DNA from: Candidatus Rokuibacteriota bacterium
Lineage (GTDB): Bacteria > Methylomirabilota > Methylomirabilia > Rokubacteriales > DASRDR01
DNA length: 61,718 nucleotides
Assembly: GCA_044866005.1 (NCBI GenBank)
Contig: JBIOTN010000220.1
Coordinates: 1-61,718 of the forward strand
Reading direction: 5' to 3'
Shown: piece by piece, positions 27,298 through 35,000 of the stretch
How the letters are laid out: each line of letters starts with the position of its first letter
How positions within the stretch are numbered: position 1 is the first letter of the stretch
Made by a program: the position numbers and the translations under genes
The notes under the pieces: model-generated
Told to the model about the DNA's origin: nothing
What the model saw: only the letters and a program-made list of their open reading frames with translations
Database searches by the model: none

Positions 27298-30198
27298 TCA
27301 GCCGTCGACGCCGTGGGGCGGGCGGCCGGGCGAGGCGTCGCGCGCGACCGGCGTCGCGGCCTGCCCCGCCAGCAAGCCGCGTAGCTCCTCGTCCGTGCGC
27401 GCGGCCGCGAACTGGCGGAAGCTCTCCCCGTCTTGCCGCTGGGCGAGATACGCCCGCAGGAGCCGCTCGATCGACCCGGGCACCTCCGTCGCCGGGGCGC
27501 GGTAGCCGACGGGGCGCGCGGTGCGCTGGTGCTTGCCGAGGGCCCCGCCGACGCAGAAGTAGTAGGCGTCGACCATCGTCCCCTCGACCTTGGTCTTCTT
27601 GCCCTCGATTCCGAGGTCCGCGATCCAGTGCTGCCCGCAGCTGTTGGGGCAGCCGGTGACGTGGATCTTGAGGTGCTGGTCGAACCCCGGCATCCGCGCT
27701 TCCAGCTCTTCCACCAGCCAGCGCGCGAAGCCCTTGGTCTCGGTGAGGGCGAGCTTGCAGAACTCCGTCCCCGTGCAGGCGATGGTGCCCCGCCAGAACG
27801 GGGAGGCCTGGAGGCGGAGCCCCGCCCCCTCGAGCTCCTTGGCCAGCGCCTCGGCCTGCGAGCGGCGCACGTTGAGGATCAAGAGGTTCTGCATCGTGGT
27901 CGTGCGGAGCTCGCCCACGCCGTAGCGGTCGGCGAGATCGGCCATGGTCCGCATCTCCGCGGCGCTGAGCCGTCCGCGCAGCACGGCGACGCCGGCGTAG
28001 ACGTAGCCGTCCTGCTTCTGCGGGTGGATGCCGACGTGGTCGCGGTAGGCGTCCTCGGGCGGCTCCCCGCCGACGGCGGGCTCGAGGGCGAACCCGAGCC
28101 GCCGCTCGAGCTCGGCCCGGAAGCGCTCGGCGGTCCAGCCGTGCTGGAGGAAGAGGAACTTCAGCCGCGCCTTCTCGCGGTCCTGCCGGAGCACGTCGCT
28201 GTCGCGGAAGATCTCGGTGATCGCGCGGACGACGGGGATCGCCTGGTTCCAGCGGACGAACGCGTCGAGCGGCACGGCGAGGTGCGGGGTGGTGGACAGC
28301 CCGCCGCCCACGCGGAGCGCGAAGCCGACCTCGCCGCGCGCCGGATGCCGGACGGCCGTCATCCCCAGGTCGTTGATCTCCGGGTAGGAGCACCACGCCC
28401 GGCAGCCGGTGATCGTCACCTTGTACTTGCGCGGGACGTTGTAGAAGTCGGGGTTGCCGTTGAGCAGCCGGGTGGCCGCCTGGACCAGGGGCGAGGCGTC
28501 CACGAGCTCGTCCGCATCGACCCCGGCCAGCGGGCAGCCGGTGATGTTGCGGGTGACGTCGCCGCAGGTGCCCATCGTGGTGAGCCCCACCCGCCAGAGG
28601 CTCTCGAAGAGATCCGGGAGGTCCTCGATGGGGACCCAGTGGAGCTGGATGTTCTCGCGGACCGTGATGTCGGCCTGGCCCCGCGCGCTCCGGTCGACGA
28701 AGTGGGCGATCGCCCGGAGCTGGTGCGAGAAGAGCTGGCCGTTGGGGATCCGGATCCGCACCATGAAGTGGGGAACGGCCTTGCCCTCGCCGCCCTTGCC
28801 GCCGACCGCCCCGATCCCGTCGCCCTGGGTGTAGATGCCCCACCAGCGGAAATACGTGTTCAGCCACGCCGCCGGGATGGCCTGGTAGCCCTCGCGGGCG
28901 AAGCGCCGGATCGCCGCGAGCTGCTCCCACGGGTTCACCTCGCGCTTGAGCCGCTCGACGCGCTGGGCCTTGGTCTCCTTCCGGGCCTCCGCGGGCGCCG
29001 CGGGGGGCGCGGCCGCCACGGCGCCGCCGTGGACCCAGCTCCGGAGGATCTCGGCGACCTCCGGCCGGGCGAATTCGGTCGGCGGAAGCTCGCCGCGTCC
29101 CAGGAGCTCGCGCACCGCGGCGCCGCTCAGGCCCACGCGGTCCTGGGCACCGTGGGGGCAGGTCTTGGAAGAGGTCACCGTCTCGCACCGGCGGCAGTAG
29201 AAGCTCTCGTCGAAGAAGAGAGGCGCGATCCCGAGCTCGTCCTGGGGGAAGGCGCCGAAGATCTGGTCCACCGTGACCGGCGCGAAGGCGCTCTCGATCG
29301 AGGCGTACTCGCGGCCTACGATGAAGTGCGTGCAGCCGTAGTTCTTCCGCACGAGGGCGTGGAAGAGCGTCTCCCGGGGTCCGGCGTAGCGCAGGGCACC
29401 GGGGAAGACGGCGAGCACGGCCCGGTTCTTCGGGTAGTACTGCTCCACGAGGACCTGGGCGCAGCGGACGCGCACCTCCGAGGGCAGCTCGTCGAGCTTG
29501 GTCTGGCCGACCAGCGGGTGGATGAACAGGCCGTCGAGCGGCTCCAGCGCGCACTTCTGGATGTACTCGTGTGCGCGGTGCATCGGCTGCTGGCTCTGGA
29601 AGCCGACCACGGTCTGCCAGCCGAGCTGGCGGAAGCGCGCCCGCGCGTCGGCGGGATCCAGCCGGTACGCCTCGAGCCCCTTGAGGGGCGGCCGCCCGAG
29701 CAAGTCGATCGGCCCGGCCAGCAGGACGTCGCCGCGGCTCTGCTGGTACTGCGCCCCCGGGTGGCGCGGGTCGTCGGTGCCGTAGACGAGCCGCGCCTCC
29801 TCGCGCCCTTCGTAGGGGAAGCGCTCCGTGAGGTGCAGGATGCCGAGCGGCTCCTCCCACGGCGTGACGAGCGCGACGTCCTCGCCCTCGGTCAGCCCCT
29901 CGGCGGCGGCCCGCCGCACCGCGAGCGTGATCGGGAGCGGCCACGGAAGCCCGTTCGCCAGCCGCATGTCGCGCAGGACGGCCCGGTAGTCGGCCCGGCC
30001 CATGAAGCCCTCGAGCGGGCTGTAGGCGCCGACGCCGAGGAGCTCGAGGTCGGACATCATCCGCGCGTTGAAGACGATCCGCTTGAGCGACGGGGCGCGC
30101 TCGCGCGCGTCGCGAAGCGCGTCGCCCCGGAGGACGCGATCGATCAACCGCCCGCCGTGAGGCGGGACGTCCAGCGTCGGTCGTTCGGGTGCGGGCAT
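27298..30198 (-). CDS. Fusion of an ATP sulfurylase (Sat)-like domain with degenerate catalytic motifs and a ferredoxin-type siroheme sulfite/nitrite reductase
   Basis: N-half: PPHGGRL, GAYSPLEGFM, HRAHEYIQKCALE, RYAGPRE, RKNYGCTHFIVGR, YCRRC..KTCPH, RPEVAEIL. Then an Ala/Pro linker. C-half: FMVRIRIPNG, DITVRENIQ, CGDVTRN, PRKYK, CTGTEFC, GCPNSCG. Confidence 0.92.
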   Translation of the reverse strand: MPAPERPTLDVPPHGGRLIDRVLRGDALRDARERAPSLKRIVFNARMMSDLELLGVGAYSPLEGFMGRADYRAVLRDMRLANGLPWPLPITLAVRRAAAEGLTEGEDVALVTPWEEPLGILHLTERFPYEGREEARLVYGTDDPRHPGAQYQQSRGDVLLAGPIDLLGRPPLKGLEAYRLDPADARARFRQLGWQTVVGFQSQQPMHRAHEYIQKCALEPLDGLFIHPLVGQTKLDELPSEVRVRCAQVLVEQYYPKNRAVLAVFPGALRYAGPRETLFHALVRKNYGCTHFIVGREYASIESAFAPVTVDQIFGAFPQDELGIAPLFFDESFYCRRCETVTSSKTCPHGAQDRVGLSGAAVRELLGRGELPPTEFARPEVAEILRSWVHGGAVAAAPPAAPAEARKETKAQRVERLKREVNPWEQLAAIRRFAREGYQAIPAAWLNTYFRWWGIYTQGDGIGAVGGKGGEGKAVPHFMVRIRIPNGQLFSHQLRAIAHFVDRSARGQADITVRENIQLHWVPIEDLPDLFESLWRVGLTTMGTCGDVTRNITGCPLAGVDADELVDASPLVQAATRLLNGNPDFYNVPRKYKVTITGCRAWCSYPEINDLGMTAVRHPARGEVGFALRVGGGLSTTPHLAVPLDAFVRWNQAIPVVRAITEIFRDSDVLRQDREKARLKFLFLQHGWTAERFRAELERRLGFALEPAVGGEPPEDAYRDHVGIHPQKQDGYVYAGVAVLRGRLSAAEMRTMADLADRYGVGELRTTTMQNLLILNVRRSQAEALAKELEGAGLRLQASPFWRGTIACTGTEFCKLALTETKGFARWLVEELEARMPGFDQHLKIHVTGCPNSCGQHWIADLGIEGKKTKVEGTMVDAYYFCVGGALGKHQRTARPVGYRAPATEVPGSIERLLRAYLAQRQDGESFRQFAAARTDEELRGLLAGQAATPVARDASPGRPPHGVDG

Positions 30199-30273
30199 GG
30201 TGCGGCCATTATGGCCGCGGCCGGGGGACAAGTCCAGCGCAGGCGAGCGAGGCGCGACGGCCGGGGCGGCTCG

Positions 30274-30966
30274 TCAGGCCTCGGGTGGCGGCTCGATGTC
30301 TTCGGGCCAGGGTCGGCCCTCGACCAGGCGCTCTCGGCGCCGTCGCTCGGCGTCCCTCGCGAGGCGGAGATGATAGACCAGGGCGTCGCCGTCGCGGTGC
30401 GCGATGGAGCGGTCGAACGCGATCCTCGCCGGGAAATACCGGCCGGCGATGCGGTCGAGTACGGCGCGGCATGCCGCGAGCGCGGTCTCGACTTTGTGCC
30501 GACTGTCGTCAGGGAGGAGCTCCGCGCCAACGGCGGACGCCAGAGCGAGCTCTCGCCGTGCCGCGCGTCGGGTACGCCACCGCCGGGCGAAACCGGATTC
30601 CGAGACTGCCGCCTGGACCAGTACCCGAACTTCCCTCGCCAGCGCCGCGTCCGGAACCGCCATGGGAAGCCGTCGGAGTGTCAGGCTGGCTGTGCCGACC
30701 CGCTCTGGTGAGTCCGTGACGCGCGCCAGATGACGAAGCAGGTCTTCCCACAGGACGGCCTGAACGACTCGAAAAAGGAACCCGGCCACGCCATTCAACA
30801 GCTCGACCCGCGCCGGCGAGTGCCCGTAGAGCTGCCGATAGTGCAGCCACTTGGCGTGGAGCCAGGTCACCTCTTCGTGAAGCGCGTGGTACAGGGGCCC
30901 CAGGTCCGGCCCCATCGCCCGGAGACGTCTTTTCCGCACCTTCCCGGCCAGCCTCAATCTGGTCAT
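30274..30966 (-). CDS. AbiU2-like HEPN-fold protein (RxxxxH motif degenerate)
   Basis: Resembles the AbiU2-like family from recall: LHAKW..YRQLYG.SPARVELLN..AG..F..VQ..LWED....LARVTD..LTLRRL. The expected WRNRxxAH reads WRTRRAAR. Confidence 0.6.
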   Translation of the reverse strand: MTRLRLAGKVRKRRLRAMGPDLGPLYHALHEEVTWLHAKWLHYRQLYGHSPARVELLNGVAGFLFRVVQAVLWEDLLRHLARVTDSPERVGTASLTLRRLPMAVPDAALAREVRVLVQAAVSESGFARRWRTRRAARRELALASAVGAELLPDDSRHKVETALAACRAVLDRIAGRYFPARIAFDRSIAHRDGDALVYHLRLARDAERRRRERLVEGRPWPEDIEPPPEA

Positions 30967-30999
30967 CGCCGCAGCTCTTGCCGTCCGCCGTGCCGCAGC

Positions 31000-31542
31000 T
31001 TACCGGCCGCTGCCGGGAGCGTCGGCGGCGAGCCGCCCGGCGACCGCGCGAACCAGCTCTCGCGCGCGCGGATCCCAGGCGCGGGTCGCCACGTGCCCTG
31101 CCTCGCGCAGGGCGACCTCCGCGATCTCGCGATCGCCGAGCATCGCGAACGCCTCCGCCGTGCGAAGGAGGCCGTCGAGGTCTTTCCGGTCGCGCGCCTG
31201 GAAGAACGCGGCCAGGTAACTCTGCCGCGCGCGGGCGTCGGAGCTGGTCATGCTGTCGGGACCGGGGCCGAGCCGGAGCGCGATGTCACCCAGGTCGAGC
31301 ATCTGCTTCCAGGAGCGGCTCCGCAGGGCCGCGAGATAGGCCTCGTGCCACGCGCGCCACGCGATCGGCCGCGCCGGCCCGCGGGCCGTCTCATCCATGT
31401 CGTGCCGCCACACCGTCCAGCCGGTGTCACGGCTGCCGAGCGGATCGCGGCTGGTCGCGACGTCCGCGACCACGAGGGCGCCGACCAGGAGCGCGCCCCC
31501 CAGGATCTCGAGATGACGCCCACCGCTCCATAGCCGTTCCAT
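31000..31542 (-). CDS. Hypothetical membrane-anchored helical protein
   Basis: SD GGGAGGAG, N-terminal TM, then AWRAWHEAYLAALRSRSW, ARQSYLAAFFQAR, GLLRTAEAFAMLGDRE. Confidence 0.65.
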   Translation of the reverse strand: MERLWSGGRHLEILGGALLVGALVVADVATSRDPLGSRDTGWTVWRHDMDETARGPARPIAWRAWHEAYLAALRSRSWKQMLDLGDIALRLGPGPDSMTSSDARARQSYLAAFFQARDRKDLDGLLRTAEAFAMLGDREIAEVALREAGHVATRAWDPRARELVRAVAGRLAADAPGSGR

Positions 31543-31619
31543 GTCGCGCTCCTCCCGCCTCGGCCGCCTCCCGTCGGCCGCACGGCCCGTCGTCGGATCA
31601 CTCCTGGGTGGTGGGACGA

Positions 31620-31634
31620 GCACGGGGCATGCCA
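31620..31634 (-). promoter_or_regulatory. Sigma-54 (-24/-12) promoter for 31000-31542
   Basis: Minus strand TGGCATGCCCCGTGC has correct GG-N10-GC spacing, about 80 nt upstream of the ATG. Confidence 0.6.
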
Positions 31635-31741
31635 CGCGCGAGAGGTCGAAAACCCGCGGACTTGGGCGCGGCGCGGCCGCGACGGATGCCGAATGGTGGT
31701 GGTGGAAGTTTGGTCAGGCGCGATCGTCCGGGAGCTCGGCG

Positions 31742-31960
31742 TCAGCGACCCGGACGGGCGGCGGCCATGTGGTGCTCGACCTCCTGGGTCATCAGGGTGG
31801 CGCGCCACGCCCGCGTCGCGTCCTCGGAGCGGCGGAGGATGGCAGCCCGGCGCTGGTCGAAGCTGAGTCGTTCTGCCGCGACGCCGCCGGGGAACCCGAG
31901 CGCGAGCAGGTAGAGCGCCGCCCCGACCCCGAGGAGGCTGCGCCGCCCTCGAGTGCCCAT
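31742..31960 (-). CDS. Small hypothetical membrane protein (72 aa)
   Basis: MGTRGRRSLLGVGAALYLLALGFPGGVAAERLSFDQRRAAILRR..: one TM segment followed by an amphipathic helix. Confidence 0.55.
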   Translation of the reverse strand: MGTRGRRSLLGVGAALYLLALGFPGGVAAERLSFDQRRAAILRRSEDATRAWRATLMTQEVEHHMAAARPGR

Positions 31961-31976
31961 CGCGCCCCCGCGCGTG

Positions 31977-31991
31977 GCAGACCCCATGCCG
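31977..31991 (-). promoter_or_regulatory. Possible sigma-54 (-24/-12) promoter for 31742-31960
   Basis: Minus strand CGGCATGGGGTCTGC with GG-N10-GC spacing. It would give a very short leader. Confidence 0.45.
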
Positions 31992-32076
31992 GGGCACGCC
32001 GCCGGGCGGGCCGCGGGCGCCGCATCCGCCCTTGAGCCGGTCGTGCGCCGCGCAGTAAGATGGCGCAGCGGTCCAC

Positions 32077-35000
32077 ATGGACGTCCTCGCGGACCTCATC
32101 GGAGACAGCCCCGGGATCGTCGCGGTCAGGGAGAAGCTCGGCCGGCTCCTCCAGCATCAGTCCGAGGCCCGTCGCTTTCCGCCGATCCTCATCCAGGGCG
32201 AGACCGGCACGGGCAAGGGGCTGCTCGCCCGGCTCATCCACGAGGCCAGTCCGCGCGCGGCGGCGCCGTTCGTCGACATCAACTGCGCCGCCATTCCGGA
32301 GACGCTCCTCGAGGCGGAGATGTTCGGCTTCGAGCGGGGCGCCTTCACGGACGCCCGCCAGGCCAAGCCGGGCCTGTTCCAGACCGCGCACCACGGCACG
32401 ATCTTCCTCGACGAGGTGGGCCTCCTGCCGGAGGGCGTGCAGGCCAAGCTCCTGAAGGCGATCGAGGAGCGGGCGGTCCGCCGCCTGGGCAGCACGCGCG
32501 CCGAGCCGGTGGACGCCGCGGTGATCGCGGCGACCAGCGAAGACCTGGCCGCCGCCATGCGCGCGCGGCGCTTCCGCGAGGACCTCTACCACCGCCTCGC
32601 GGTCATGACCGTGTCGCTGCCCCCGCTGCGCGAGCGCGGGGCCGACATCCTCCGCCTCGGCGAGCACTTCCTGGCCCGGGCGTGCCAGGACTACCGCTTG
32701 CCGTTGAAGAGCTTCACCGCCGACGCGCGCGCCGCGCTGCTGGCCTACCGGTGGCCGGGCAACCTCCGGGAGCTCGGCAACGTGATGGAGCGCGTGGCGC
32801 TCCTCTCGGAGGGGCGGACGGTCACCGTGCCGATGCTGGCGCTGCCGTCCGGGCCCACGGCCGAGCCGGCCGGGCTCCGCGTGGGGCAGAGCCTTCATGA
32901 CGCCGTGCGGAGCGTCGAGCGGGAGGCGCTCGTCGAGGCCCTCCGCGCGGCCAGCGGGAACATCTCGCGCGCGGCCGCCCGCCTCGGCCTCTCGCGCAAC
33001 ACGCTCCGCTACCGGCTGGAGAAGCACGGGCTCGGCCCGCGCGGCGTCGCGCCCCCGAGCCGTGCGCCGTCGGCCCGCCGTCACGCGCCGGCAGCCGGGC
33101 CAGCCCGGCGCGCGGGACCGGCGGCCACGCCGCCGGGGGACGACGCCGCGAGCGGCGAGCGCCGGCCCGTCCTGCTCCTTCGCGCGGCGCTGGTGGCGCC
33201 TCCCGGGGCCTCGCCGGGCGACCTGACCCGGGCCCTCGAGGCCCTCGACGAGAAGGTGCGGAGCTTCGGCGGTCGCGTGGAGGCGCTGGACGGCCGCGGC
33301 CTGGAGGCGACGTTCGGCCTCGAACCGATCGAGGACGCGCCGAGTCGCGCGGCCCACGCCGCGATCGCGATGCAGCGCGCCGTGGAGCGGGACGCCGCCG
33401 GCGCGCCGCTCGGCCTCCGGATCGGGATCCACACCGCGCAGCTCGCGATCCGGCAGGAGAGCGGCAGGATCGCGATCGTGCCCGAATCGCGTGAGGAACC
33501 CGCCGCCCTGCTCTCGGCCCTCGTCGAGCGGGCCGAGGGGGGAACCATCCTCGTGAGCGAGGCGACCGCCCCGCTCCTGGAGCGGCGCTTCGATCTGGTC
33601 CGCGTGACCCCGGCCGGCGAGACGGCCGGCGCCGTCTACCGGCTGGCCGGGCGCGAGGGGACGGGCTCCGAGCTGAGGCGCCGGCTGGCGACCTTCGTCG
33701 GCCGCCGCCACGAGCTCGAGCTGCTCCAGAGCCGGCTGGCCTCGGCGATGACGGGACGCGGGCAAGTGGTCGGGATCGCGGGGGAAGCCGGGATCGGCAA
33801 GACGCGGCTCCTCTTCGAGTTCCAGCGGAGCCTGGCGGGGCGCCGGGTCACCTACCTCGAAGGCCACTGCCGCGCCTACGGGGACGGCATCCCCTACCTC
33901 CCGCTGCTCGACCTCTTGCGGAACAACTGCGGGATCACCGACACCGACACGCCGGAGGCGATCGTCGACAAGGTCCGCGCCGGCCTTCAGGTGGTCGGCC
34001 TGGACCCCGCGGAGGGCGCTCCGTATCTGCTCCAGCTCCTCGGCGTGAAGGAGGAGACCGGGCCGCTCGCCCTGTTGAGCCCCGAGGCGATCAAGGGGCG
34101 GACCTTCGAGACCCTGCGCCAGATGGCGCTCAAGGGCAGTCGCCAGCGGCCGCTCATCCTGGCGGTGGAGAACCTCCACTGGGTCGACCGCACGTCGGAG
34201 GAGTACCTCGGCTCGCTGGTGGAGAGCCTGGCCGGCGCGCCGCTCCTGCTGCTCCTGACCTACCGGCCCGGGTACCGCCCGCCCGGGATCGAGAAGTCGT
34301 ACGCGACCCAGATCGCCCTTCAGCCGCTCGCCGCGCCGGACAGCCTGAGCCTGGTGCGCTCGTTCCTCCAGACCGAGGAGCTGCCGCCCGCCGTCGCGGA
34401 CGCCGTGCTCGGCCGGGCCGAGGGCAACCCGTTCTTCCTCGAGGAGCTGGCCCTGTCGCTCTGGGAGCAGAGCGAGCCGGGCGCGACGGCGGCAGTGCCC
34501 GGCACGATCCAGGAAGCGCTGATGGCCCGGATCAACCGGCTGCCCGACGAGCCCAAGCGCGTGCTCCAGACCGCGTCGATCCTGGGCCGGGAGTTTTCGC
34601 TGCGCCTCCTCGGGGCCATCTGGCCGGGGCCGGGCGGACTCGACCCGCACCTCGTCGAGCTGAAGCGGCTCGAGTTCCTCTACGAGCGATCCTCGTCCGA
34701 CGAGCCGGTCTACGTCTTCAAGCACACGCTGACCCAGGAGGTGGCCTACGAGAGTCTGCCGCCGGTCCGCCGGCGCGCGCTCCACGCCGCGACGGGCCGG
34801 GCCCTGGAACGACTCCACGCCGGCCGGCGCGCCGCGGTCGCCGACCAGCTCGCCCATCACTACGCACGCACCGACGAGAGCGAGAAGGCCCTGGAGTACC
34901 TGGGGCAGGTGGCGGAGCAGGCCGCCCGGAGCTACGCCCACGCCGAGGCCGTCCGCGCCCTCGGCGAGGCCCTCCCCCACGTGGACCGGCTGCCGGCCCC

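Noticed and set aside
27298..28980. Dissimilatory sulfite reductase (dsrAB) interpretation
   Set aside because: It is a single-chain two-repeat NIR/SIR with no inserted ferredoxin domain and no dsr genes nearby, i.e. the assimilatory type.
27433..30711. Very long antisense or alternate-frame ORFs (e.g. 27433-30711 +, 31792-35391 -, 5473-8052 +, 17312-20020 +, 22080-24626 +, 12103-13830 -)
   Set aside because: These are shadow ORFs expected in high-GC DNA. They are Arg/Gly/Pro-rich or mirror-codon translations overlapping well-supported genes.
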